A stretch of DNA of 64,000 nucleotides, from the NCBI GenBank assembly GCA_963675745.2, contig CAXXWX010000001.1:192001-256000 (forward strand), given 5' to 3'. The notes under the pieces were generated by a model, which did not search any database, had not been told where the DNA came from, and worked only from the letters and a program-made list of their open reading frames with translations. The translations under genes and the position numbers were made by a program. Shown here one piece after another: positions 44,532 to 53,566 of this stretch (its first letter is position 1; each line of letters begins with the position of its first letter). Source of the DNA: Phycisphaerae bacterium (GTDB lineage Bacteria; Planctomycetota; Phycisphaerae; UBA1845; Fen-1342).

Positions 44532-45328
44532 CAGTGCTCCTCTCGCAAAAGCTCAAGCCTGGGGAGCCGATCTCCCTGGCCAAACTCGATCCACTCGCCC
44601 CCGGAAAAGGGGTTCCGATGCACTCCGTGATGGTCTGAGGACGGCTTCCTGGCGACGGCCCCGTAGTCTGGTCGCAACAGACGACGGCCTCACCGTGAGC
44701 CATCCCGAGCGGCACTGCTGACGTCACGATTCACCCGTCCGGCACGTGGTTGGCCGCCGAGATTGCAAGTGTGCCGCGCGTTGGCCGAACGACCATATTG
44801 GGCGACCGTGTCTGCAGGTGATGCTGAACTCTGGCACTAAGGGCCGGCTTTCCGGCTTACCGCTCAGACCAAGTGTCTCAACCCCCGGACGCCTGTAGGA
44901 CGCACCGTTGCGGCCGGTGCCACCGTGTCGCGGTGGCCGCGGTACCGCGCGTCAAGACGCGCGATACTCTCCCCGAAATCAGCGAATTACGCAAGGGGGG
45001 AAATTGGTTTGGGCCCGGAGCGGATGATCCGGCCTGATGGCCACCTTAGCCCAGTCCGAGATGATCCGCTGCCGCCACCCGGCAAAACCGCGGCCTTTCG
45101 GAGATTCTGGCGCGACGTTTCGCATCCGCATGCGAGAACATCCCGGTCCCCCCCCACGCCGGCGCCGCCCCGGCGAAAATGGACGAGTATTTCGCGACCA
45201 CCTTTTGAGTTGGGCAATCGACACGCTAGCATGTTGGCTTCGGCCCGCGGCTGGGCCGTGGCTGGGAACACTTGGTCGGCACTGGGGCACCGGCGCCTGC
45301 CTGACTCGATGAGCGATGAGGCTCGCGG

Positions 45329-46807
45329 ATGATCACGATTGACGGGCTGGATGTGCAGCCGATCATCGGACTCGAGATCCACGTCCACCTGGCGACGCGC
45401 TCGAAGATGTTCTGCTCGTGCCCGATCGGCTACGGCGATCAGCCCAATTCACACACCTGCCCGGTCTGCCTGGGCCTGCCGGGCGCTCTGCCGGTTATCA
45501 ATCGCCAGGCGGTCGAACACTCCGTCCGCACGGCGCTGGCCCTCAACTGCAAGATCGCCGGCTTCACCAAGTGGGACCGCAAGAGCTATTACTACCCGGA
45601 TCTGCCCAAGAACTACCAGATCTCGCAGTACGACCTGCCGCTGTCCAGCGAGGGGTTTCTCGAGTTCCCGTTCGCCGACGGCATTTCAAAAGTGCGGATC
45701 ATCCGCGCGCACCTGGAGGAGGACGCCGGCAAGAACGTCCACGATTTCCCCGGCATGAGCGGCGTCGACTTGAACCGCGCCGGCACGCCTTTGCTGGAAA
45801 TCGTCACCGAGCCCGATCTGCGCAGCGCCGACGAGGCCCGCGAATTCGCCGTCCAGCTTCAGAGGTTGGTCAACTACCTGGGTGTCAGCGAAGCCAACAT
45901 GCAGAAAGGGCAGATGCGGTTCGAGCCGAATATCAACGTCAAGATCGTCAAAGCCGGTCGCGAGTACGTCACACCGATCGTCGAAGTGAAGAACCTCAAC
46001 TCGTTTCGTTCGCTGCATGGGGCGATCCTTTATGAGATTCCGCGCCAGGTCGAGCAGTGGCTGTCCGACGGTGTGACCGCGGCGGCGGGCAACAAATCCA
46101 ATCGGGGATGGGATGACGTCCGAGAGATCACGGTGCCGCAACGCGAGAAAGAGGAAGCCGATGATTACCGCTACTTCCCCGATCCCGACCTGGTGCCGAT
46201 GACTTTCGCAGCCGAGTGGGTGAACGAGATTCGCGAGCACATGCCCGAGCTGCCGATCACTCGGACGGAGCGTTTCCTCAGCGAATACAAGGTGTCGGCG
46301 AAAGACGCGCCAGCGCTGGTTGACGACCGGGCGACGGCCGATCTGCTCGACCACGCGGCCGACGCCGGTGCCGACAAGTCGACGCTGGCGAAGCACTTCC
46401 TCAGCTTCTGGGCGAAACACGCCAACGAGCGTGACACGACAATCGCACGATTGGGTGTTCCAGCAGAGCGCCTGGCGGAGTTGGCCAACCTGGTGAAAGA
46501 CGGCCGGATCAACGCCACCGCCGCCGCCCAGCTTTCCGCGGCCATGCTCGACAGCCCGGCGGCACCGGCGGCGCTCGCCGAGCAGCTTGGCCTGATCCAG
46601 AGCCACGACAGCGGTCAGATCGCCGCCTGGGTGGACGAGACGCTGGCGGCCAACGAAAAGGCGGTTCGCGATGCGCTGGAGAACCCCAAGAAGATGAAGG
46701 CCGCACGCGGCTTTCTCACCGGCCAGGTTATGAAACTCTCCGGCGGCCAGGCGGATCCCAAGCTCGTCGGGCAATTGTTGGAGCAGAAGCTGAGGGCCGC
46801 GCCATAG
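45329..46807 (+). CDS. gatB: Asp/Glu-tRNA amidotransferase subunit B
   Basis: IGLEIHVHL.T.SKMFC, RKSYYYPDLPKNYQISQ, DLNRAGTPLLEIVTEP, YRYFPDPDL. Confidence 0.97.
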   Translation: MITIDGLDVQPIIGLEIHVHLATRSKMFCSCPIGYGDQPNSHTCPVCLGLPGALPVINRQAVEHSVRTALALNCKIAGFTKWDRKSYYYPDLPKNYQISQYDLPLSSEGFLEFPFADGISKVRIIRAHLEEDAGKNVHDFPGMSGVDLNRAGTPLLEIVTEPDLRSADEAREFAVQLQRLVNYLGVSEANMQKGQMRFEPNINVKIVKAGREYVTPIVEVKNLNSFRSLHGAILYEIPRQVEQWLSDGVTAAAGNKSNRGWDDVREITVPQREKEEADDYRYFPDPDLVPMTFAAEWVNEIREHMPELPITRTERFLSEYKVSAKDAPALVDDRATADLLDHAADAGADKSTLAKHFLSFWAKHANERDTTIARLGVPAERLAELANLVKDGRINATAAAQLSAAMLDSPAAPAALAEQLGLIQSHDSGQIAAWVDETLAANEKAVRDALENPKKMKAARGFLTGQVMKLSGGQADPKLVGQLLEQKLRAAP

Positions 46808-46887
46808 CGACGGCGATGTCCGCGTGCCGCGTTCGGGCGGTCGGACGGCGTCGAACGGCAAGCGTGACCGGTCAACGGGGCGGCGAA

Positions 46888-48081
46888 TCAGGGGGTATTG
46901 CCCGGTCCCGCCAGCCCCAGCGGATCGTAACCGACGATCGTGAACGGGGACGTGCGCCAGACGCCTGCGTCCGCGTCGTAATACGGCTCTGTGATCGCGT
47001 CCTTTATCGCAGTCTCATCGACGTGCGCTGGATCGTATGTGACCTTCAAGTCCGCCGCTGCCGGCCCGGGCCAGGCCTCGATCTTCAGATAACCCGGCAG
47101 TCCGAGTTCATCGTCGCGTTCCAGGAAGTACACCAGCAGCGTCGCCCTTCCGCGACAGGTCAGCTCGCGGACCTCCAGGTTCAGCGTGGCAGTCCGTGCC
47201 GGCGACTGCCCGCGCGTATTCACAAAAGACGGCAGCGGGAACGCATAGCTAGCGGCAACCGCGGCGCCAACGCAACCCAGCATGATGGCGATCAAGCCCC
47301 ACTGCGGCCATCTGCCACCGACGGCCCTTGGGGGCCCCCAGTGAATAGCGCTGCCCGCCGAAGTCGGACATGTATCCACACAATTCAGACACGACAGGCA
47401 ACGCGCCGCCGTCACCTGGGACACTTTGTCCACCGGAATATCCATCGGACACACCGCGGCGCACTCGCCGCAATTGACGCACGCGTCGTCGTGCCGATGG
47501 ATGCGCGCAAGCCCTACGCGCGAGAACGGGTTCAATACCGCCGCCAGCGGGCAAAACCAGCGGCAGAATGGCAGCATCAGAAGCAGAGAAGCGACCAGGA
47601 TGCCACCGGCAATCACGTATGCCCACAGCGTAATGTCCTCGCCGTGTCGGCTGATCAGGGCATAGCACGGATCGTATCCGCGGAAGTGCAGCTCGGCGGC
47701 GCGCCACGTCACAACCAGAATGATCGCCAACACCGCGTACTTCATCAGGGCCAGCGCGCGGTCGACTGCGTAGGGTACACGGGGTGCCGGAACGCCGATC
47801 CGACCGGCGACCGCGCGCAACCACTCGGACACGGTGCCGATCGGGCACAAATAGCCGCAGAACACCCGGCGCAACAGCAGCGTCATGACCAGCACGGCGG
47901 CGAGGATGTAGAAGTTCGATACGCCCAGCGAGCAGAGCATGTTGCCCTCGCTCGCATACGTGTACAACGCTTCAACGCCGCCGAGGGGACACCAGCGTTC
48001 GGCGTTGCCCCTGACCACAAAGACGCCCACCAGCGTCATCAGCAGAAAGGCAAACTGGACGATTCGTCGCCTGGTCTTCAT
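46888..48081 (-). CDS. Membrane 4Fe-4S binding protein (NapH/YccM-like) with C-terminal HMA-like domain
   Basis: WCPLGG, FCGYLCPIG, FCRWFCP, CVNCGECAAVCP, CLSCLNCVDTCP. C-terminal ELTCRGRA. Confidence 0.85.
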   Translation of the reverse strand: MKTRRRIVQFAFLLMTLVGVFVVRGNAERWCPLGGVEALYTYASEGNMLCSLGVSNFYILAAVLVMTLLLRRVFCGYLCPIGTVSEWLRAVAGRIGVPAPRVPYAVDRALALMKYAVLAIILVVTWRAAELHFRGYDPCYALISRHGEDITLWAYVIAGGILVASLLLMLPFCRWFCPLAAVLNPFSRVGLARIHRHDDACVNCGECAAVCPMDIPVDKVSQVTAARCLSCLNCVDTCPTSAGSAIHWGPPRAVGGRWPQWGLIAIMLGCVGAAVAASYAFPLPSFVNTRGQSPARTATLNLEVRELTCRGRATLLVYFLERDDELGLPGYLKIEAWPGPAAADLKVTYDPAHVDETAIKDAITEPYYDADAGVWRTSPFTIVGYDPLGLAGPGNTP

Positions 48082-48243
48082 TGAGGGTGCGCCCATGTGC
48101 GGTGGCAAGTGCCGCACGCCGATCGGCGAAGCACCAAGGATGTAGATCGAGACGCTGGGGCGCGCGCCGCCAGCCCATCAACCAATCGGCCGCATGCCGA
48201 CGCGCTGTCTGGTGCGGATGCCCACCATGGTCCGGCGAGCACT

Positions 48244-49137
48244 CTAGGGCTTTTCGGCACAACCGTCTTTCTTGTCGTCCTTGCTCCCGGCGCTCGCGCA
48301 CTTGGTGCGACTCGGGCACTTTCCGCAGGCGCTGCCGCTGCTACAGCTCGATTCCTTCACCTCTGACTCGGTCTTCAGCGCGGTGGCGAACGCTTCGCCG
48401 CCCGCCAACGTCGCGAAATCGGGGCACTCGCGCGCAGCGGCCTTGACAGCGTCCAGACGGCTCGGCGTCGTCGCCTTAAAGCAGTGTGCCAGCGAACCCG
48501 TGGCCCCCTTCTTGTCGCCGATCAGCGCCCGCAGCCGGGCCACGTCGAACGCCAGTGTGACCGATGAATCCTCGGTCAGCTTGATCTCCTCACTCAGCGC
48601 CCGGGCCTTGTCGAGCTCTGCTTCACGCGCCAGCGCAATGCCAAGCAGGGCCTTGGTTTCAGGAGTCACCTGCGCATCGTCCATGCCGCTGAGCAGTTCG
48701 GCGGCCTCCTCATTCATCTTCAGCACGAGTTGTGACCGCGCCAGCAGAGCCGCCGACTCAGCGTTATTCAGGCGTTTGTGGATCTTGCGGCCGAGGTCGA
48801 GGGCCTCGGTGTGAATGTCGTTGTCTTCATAATACGTGTGCAACGCCAGCGCCATTTGGCTCCACTGCTCCTGGCCGGCGGTTTCATCGAGACGCTTGCG
48901 TATCGCAATGACGCGGCGCACCAGCCCGGCCTGCTGGCGATACTCCTCGTTATCCGGGGCCAGCCGGGCCGCTTCGGTAAACGCCTGCAAAGTCCCGTCA
49001 AAGTCGCCCTGTTGAAGGAGAACACGCCCCCGGGCGAATATCGCTTCGTGATCGGCGTCAGCCGGATCGGCCCCCTGAGCCGACGTAACCGCGGCACATC
49101 CAACAACGAAACATACAAACAGAACGCGAGCACTCAT
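48244..49137 (-). CDS. Exported TPR protein with Cys-rich C-terminus
   Basis: Signal peptide, TPR helices, SSCSSGSACGKCPSRTKC. Confidence 0.7.
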   Translation of the reverse strand: MSARVLFVCFVVGCAAVTSAQGADPADADHEAIFARGRVLLQQGDFDGTLQAFTEAARLAPDNEEYRQQAGLVRRVIAIRKRLDETAGQEQWSQMALALHTYYEDNDIHTEALDLGRKIHKRLNNAESAALLARSQLVLKMNEEAAELLSGMDDAQVTPETKALLGIALAREAELDKARALSEEIKLTEDSSVTLAFDVARLRALIGDKKGATGSLAHCFKATTPSRLDAVKAAARECPDFATLAGGEAFATALKTESEVKESSCSSGSACGKCPSRTKCASAGSKDDKKDGCAEKP

Positions 49138-49365
49138 CAGCGGTTCTCCTGAGAAAGCCACCCCCTATTCTCCATTATGCCCTTATACCAAAGCGCCCGA
49201 CGCGGGGGCAACCCCCATCCACCGTCCGACCCGCCGCACCCCTGTTGATGTCTGCAGATTGATGTCTACAAAGCCCCCCGCTGGGGATCAGCAACCCGTT
49301 CGTGACCCGTGGCGGCAACCGGCACGGCCGGACGATCATCGCAGATCGAACCGGCCGAGCGCGTT

Positions 49366-50136
49366 TCACCTGGCTTGTCCACCAGCCCGTTGCAGCGCCG
49401 GGAGGTGGTGGTTCAGCGAGACGTACCGCAGCCGCTCAAAAACAGCCTTGATATCCTCGTGCTCCGCCGCGCCGATAGATTGCTCGTACAGCCGCCCGTT
49501 GTCGATCTCAAGCCGTACCGCCTGCTGCATGGCCACCTGCCACGTGTCCGGCACGGTGCTTGGCGCAACTTCATCACGCGCCGGCGGGACCACACCGTAA
49601 CGTTCAAACAACCCAAGCAGTGCGCTGGCGTGCCGCCGTTCGGCCTCGCGAATGTTCGCCAGCTTGCGCGAGTGGCCAAACCTATCGAGGAGCGCTGTGT
49701 AGAAGTCATCCGCGGCGTACTCGTCGAGCAACGCCGCGCGCAGGGCGTCCAGCTCCGGCTGACTCAACGGGCCGCCAACAGTGTCTTGACGCGCGAGCGG
49801 AGCAGCAGCCGCGGCGCTACCGCATGGGTTGAGACAGCGAGTACCGCAGCCCGTGCGTTGCGCGACGCCTTGGCCGCGGAGAGATTGCCCCCTTAACAGC
49901 CGGCTGCCGCGCCACGGGCGCGCCGATCCACCGGAACTGCGCAAGCCGGCCCGCCGCCCCACCCACTGACTACTTTCAATAGACGCGTCATCGCCTGATT
50001 GATTTGTTGGCGGCGCTTGCGGGATGCGCATCATGACGCAGCGCTGCTTGGATCGGCCGTGATTGTGCGGACCCTGCGCCCAGGCAGCGGCGGCACCTGC
50101 GACCAACGCAATCGCTACGGCTGCGGATACTCTCAC
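49366..50136 (-). CDS. Exported ferritin-like (DUF2202-like) protein
   Basis: LLDEYAA..FY, NIREAERRH, EIDNGRLYE, S.NHHLPAL. Signal peptide present. Confidence 0.75.
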   Translation of the reverse strand: MRVSAAVAIALVAGAAAAWAQGPHNHGRSKQRCVMMRIPQAPPTNQSGDDASIESSQWVGRRAGLRSSGGSARPWRGSRLLRGQSLRGQGVAQRTGCGTRCLNPCGSAAAAAPLARQDTVGGPLSQPELDALRAALLDEYAADDFYTALLDRFGHSRKLANIREAERRHASALLGLFERYGVVPPARDEVAPSTVPDTWQVAMQQAVRLEIDNGRLYEQSIGAAEHEDIKAVFERLRYVSLNHHLPALQRAGGQAR

Positions 50137-50801
50137 GGATGCTCCTTTTCGTCATCTGATCCGGGATGGGATGTTGGGGTCGTGCCCGGCGGCTCATGGC
50201 CGGCCGGTGGTGGGCTTCCACGGCCCCCCCGCCACCTGCGTCCGTGTCCCTGGCCGGCGCCGTGGCCACCCCCATCGCCGCCACCATGGCCGGCTTCGTT
50301 GGCACCACGCGCCTCGCCCTGGCTGTGTCCGTGTCCGTGGCGCCAACGCCATCCGCCAGACTCCCGGATGCCCTTGGCACACGTTTGAAACAGTTTCGAT
50401 CGCTGCGCATCCGTAAGATGGGGACGCAGCGCGAGCAGGTGCGCGGCCACACGCCGTTCGAGCTGATCGTGAACCGTGATCACGGTCTCGACCTGACGCA
50501 GCAGGGCTTCATCCGTCGTGTCCGCGTCCTCAAACATGGTCGCCAGCGCCTCTCTTTCGGACGCCAGCTCGGCTTCCATCCGGGCGCTTTCTTCGGCAAA
50601 TGCCGGATCGACACTGGCGACGCGTTCGAGCTGCTCAGGCATCAGCCGCAGCCACCCTCCCAGAACCTCGGCCGGCTTGGCGGGCCTGGCCGGCGCGGCT
50701 GGTCTGGCCGGCTCCGCTTGCCAGGCATAGGTCGCAATGAAGCTGCCAAACATGCAGATACCGAACACGGCGATGATGATTCCGTTCAGCCTGGGTCTCA
50801 T
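50133..50801 (-). CDS. Spy/CpxP-like periplasmic heavy-metal sensor
   Basis: WLRLMPEQ..., LRPHLTDAQR (LTxxQ-like), His/Gly-rich tail. Confidence 0.75.
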   Translation of the reverse strand: MRPRLNGIIIAVFGICMFGSFIATYAWQAEPARPAAPARPAKPAEVLGGWLRLMPEQLERVASVDPAFAEESARMEAELASEREALATMFEDADTTDEALLRQVETVITVHDQLERRVAAHLLALRPHLTDAQRSKLFQTCAKGIRESGGWRWRHGHGHSQGEARGANEAGHGGGDGGGHGAGQGHGRRWRGGRGSPPPAGHEPPGTTPTSHPGSDDEKEHP

Positions 50802-51283
50802 CACGCACCTCCCTGCTCGGGTGCTTCGTCCACCAGGTCGAAAACCGTGGTGGCGAGGCCCGTTGCCGAAGGAGACTCGATAACGTGGAACAACAGCGCC
50901 TCAAGCGCCTCCTGCTCGCTGACCGTGACAGCGCCGGCCGGTGGTGTCGCCGTGTCACGGGGCACCGCTCTGCCAGCCAGGTGGCCCAAGCCGAGACCCA
51001 CGAGGACCACGGCGGCGACTCGGCCAACACTCAAAGCGGTGCTGCGGAGCGGGTGGGAGATAATCGGCAGCCGCTCGTCAAGCCGCCGATCGACGGCCGG
51101 CCAGAGGTCGCTGTCGCCGGTCACCTGCCATTGCCCGAGAATATCGCGAACCGCCCGCTGCTTCGCGAATGCCGCACGGCACTCGGCGCATGACTCGAGG
51201 TGCGCCTCGATGTTCGCTCGCTGGACATCGGAAAGCGCACCGGTGGACAGCTTGATCAGATTTGTCTCGCTCACATGTTCCAT
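50801..51283 (-). CDS. Zinc-finger (HxxxCxxC) anti-sigma factor
   Basis: EAHLESCAECR followed by one TM helix. Confidence 0.85.
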   Translation of the reverse strand: MEHVSETNLIKLSTGALSDVQRANIEAHLESCAECRAAFAKQRAVRDILGQWQVTGDSDLWPAVDRRLDERLPIISHPLRSTALSVGRVAAVVLVGLGLGHLAGRAVPRDTATPPAGAVTVSEQEALEALLFHVIESPSATGLATTVFDLVDEAPEQGGA

Positions 51284-51367
51284 TGCCCGGCCTCATTGTT
51301 TAAACGTATCTGCCCGTATGAATCCGGCGGCAGGTTCCTCGGATTTCTCGAAATTCCGTCGACATCG

Positions 51368-51976
51368 TCAGTCGTCCTTCAGGTCGGCGAGCAGTTCGCG
51401 CAACCTGGCGTAGGCCCTCACAAGACAGGATTCGACGGCCCCGGTGCTCCAGCCGGTGGCCGCGGCGATCTCCTTGTGCCCCATGTCCTGAAATCGGTGC
51501 ATAATCAGCGTCAGTCTTTGCCGGTCGGGCAAACTGGCGACGGCCCGACGGATCATCTCCTGTCGTTCACGAAGCTGCGCGGGCTCGGATGCATCGATGG
51601 CGCTGGTGCCTGGCGGCGACGAATCCAGGCCGCCAGGTTCGCGTCGAGCCCGCCGTCGATGGTCCCAGCACAGGTTGGCGACAATCCGATAAAACCACGT
51701 TGTGAACTGCGCCGTCGGGCGATAGGTGGCTGCCCGCTCGAACACGCGCACAAACGCGTCCTGGCACACGTCCTCGGCAACCTCACGCCGACCCAGAAAA
51801 CGCAGCGCCAGGCCGAGCGCCTTCTCCTGGTGGCGGCGCACAAGCACGGCCAGTGCCTCACGCTGTCGACATGCGACAAGCTCCATGAGCGCGTGGTCGT
51901 CGAGACTGTCGTATGACGGCGAGTCGCCGGGAAGTGTTGGCACGGGGCGCAAACATCCTCTCGAAGATTCTGGCAA
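51368..51976 (-). CDS. ECF sigma-70 factor
   Basis: AEDVCQDAF, FTTWFYRIVANLCWD, LPDRQR...EIA..AVESCLVRA. Start is uncertain. Confidence 0.92.
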   Translation of the reverse strand: MPESSRGCLRPVPTLPGDSPSYDSLDDHALMELVACRQREALAVLVRRHQEKALGLALRFLGRREVAEDVCQDAFVRVFERAATYRPTAQFTTWFYRIVANLCWDHRRRARREPGGLDSSPPGTSAIDASEPAQLRERQEMIRRAVASLPDRQRLTLIMHRFQDMGHKEIAAATGWSTGAVESCLVRAYARLRELLADLKDD

Positions 51977-52131
51977 TTGACCGCAGGAATGCCCGCGGGT
52001 GTTCGTTGCAACGAGTGGCGGTGGCGATTGTCCAGCGCCTCGCGGATCACTGCAACCAATCGGTCAATGGCGTTGGGCCGGTGACGTCCGTTAATGACTA
52101 TGGCAACGCCAATGGAATAGGAGTGCCAGGT

Positions 52132-52491
52132 ATGAAACGTGCTTTGATTGTGCTGTGCCCGCTGGCTCTGTTGGTGGGTGCGATCGGGTGTGACGACGCG
52201 ACGCTGGCGGGGCTGCCCGGTGACGTGCAAGCGCTGGTTTCCAGCGTGAGCGGCTTCAAGACCGACCTCACCGCGCTGGCCTCAGACCTCGGCCCTGATG
52301 CCCAGTCCTGCCCTCAGGTATTGAACGGCGGTGACCAGGTCCAGAATCAGATTCAGAATCGGCACGATTACGGCGGCGACAACGGCGCCGGCCCTGGCGG
52401 CACCGGTAGCGGCACCGGTGGCGGTGCTAACGGCCAGGGTGACCAACTTCGCCTGCGCGATGGAAGCTGCAACGACGACGGCGAAGGCTAA
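52132..52491 (+). CDS. Small Gly-rich lipoprotein with RLRDGSC motif
   Basis: MKRALIVLCPLALLVGAIGC lipobox. AGGAG upstream. Confidence 0.7.
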   Translation: MKRALIVLCPLALLVGAIGCDDATLAGLPGDVQALVSSVSGFKTDLTALASDLGPDAQSCPQVLNGGDQVQNQIQNRHDYGGDNGAGPGGTGSGTGGGANGQGDQLRLRDGSCNDDGEG

Positions 52492-52610
52492 CCAACCCTA
52501 TATCACCATATCACCTATCACCGGAGAGAAGCGGGCAACGTGGTGCGCTGCGTCCAGTTATGGGCCAGGCGCGCCCGTCCCGCGCGCCGAGGTGGCAGCC
52601 CTCAGCCACA

Positions 52611-53369
52611 TCAGCCACTGCGTGGCGGGTACGACGTCGACATCGATGTCTTCACGTTCAGGAAATGGCCAACCGGGTCTTGCAGTGGCATCGGATGGGG
52701 CAGCGCAAACAACTCACCATAGCGAAAGCCGCAGCGGCCGCCTTCGGCACCATCAATCGAGCGGATGCGGTGCAGAATTTTCTCCAACCGCTCCTCGTCA
52801 AACTGCGACTTGTACGCCGCAATCGCCGCCGCTTTCTGCTCAAACGTGTCGCTGGTATCGACCACGAAAGTCGCGTGCCAGTGGCCCTGCTCGGCCGCGA
52901 GCGCCACGGGGCGGTACCAGAGCCAGTCGATACGGTGTGGTGGCGTGTCGTCAAAACGCTCATCCCACTTCGTCAATTGCGAATAAAAACGCGCAGCCTC
53001 AACGATTAGCTGGCCTTGATAGTGGTCGGGGGACGCGCCCGGCGTGCGGCCGGCCATTGAGACCACGATTTTCGGGCGGAAACGCCTGAAGACGGTCGCG
53101 ACGGCATAACGCGACTCAGGCGAGTCCATCAGCTCACGGTTCGTCAGGGGCAGGATCTCCACATGTTGCACACCGAGAATCTCCGCCGCCCGGTGCAGCT
53201 CCTCGGCGCGCACCTCGGCTGAACCGCGCGGAGTCGGCTCACCATTGGTCAAGTGTACAATCCCCACGCGATGGCCATCACGGGTCAGTCGCGCTATCGT
53301 GCCGCCGCAGGTAATCTCGATGTCGTCGGGATGCGGCATGGCGAAGATGATGTCGAGCTGCTGGGCCAC
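52611..53369 (-). CDS. PIG-L/LmbE family deacetylase (BshB1-like)
   Basis: PHPDDIEI..GGT, LTNGEPTPRG, PDH, AYKSQF. Confidence 0.88.
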   Translation of the reverse strand: MAQQLDIIFAMPHPDDIEITCGGTIARLTRDGHRVGIVHLTNGEPTPRGSAEVRAEELHRAAEILGVQHVEILPLTNRELMDSPESRYAVATVFRRFRPKIVVSMAGRTPGASPDHYQGQLIVEAARFYSQLTKWDERFDDTPPHRIDWLWYRPVALAAEQGHWHATFVVDTSDTFEQKAAAIAAYKSQFDEERLEKILHRIRSIDGAEGGRCGFRYGELFALPHPMPLQDPVGHFLNVKTSMSTSYPPRSG

Positions 53370-53566
53370 TATCGTAACCTCCCGCGCTGCTTCCGCTTGC
53401 TGAGTGTCCCCGCAACGATGTTATCGACTTGGCGCGCAGGGGCAACACGGACCTTCCAGCAGGGATGGCCGGCGGCCGATGGGGCAGACCGAGCACAGAC
53501 AGTGCAGAACGACCGACCGGAGGTCGGTCCCACAGGTAGTTCCACGCAGTCTCTTCCGCGGCCTGC

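Noticed and set aside
44532..45328. Riboswitch or ncRNA in the long intergenic region
   Set aside because: Hairpins are present but no recognisable family consensus. The short ORFs here lack protein-like features.
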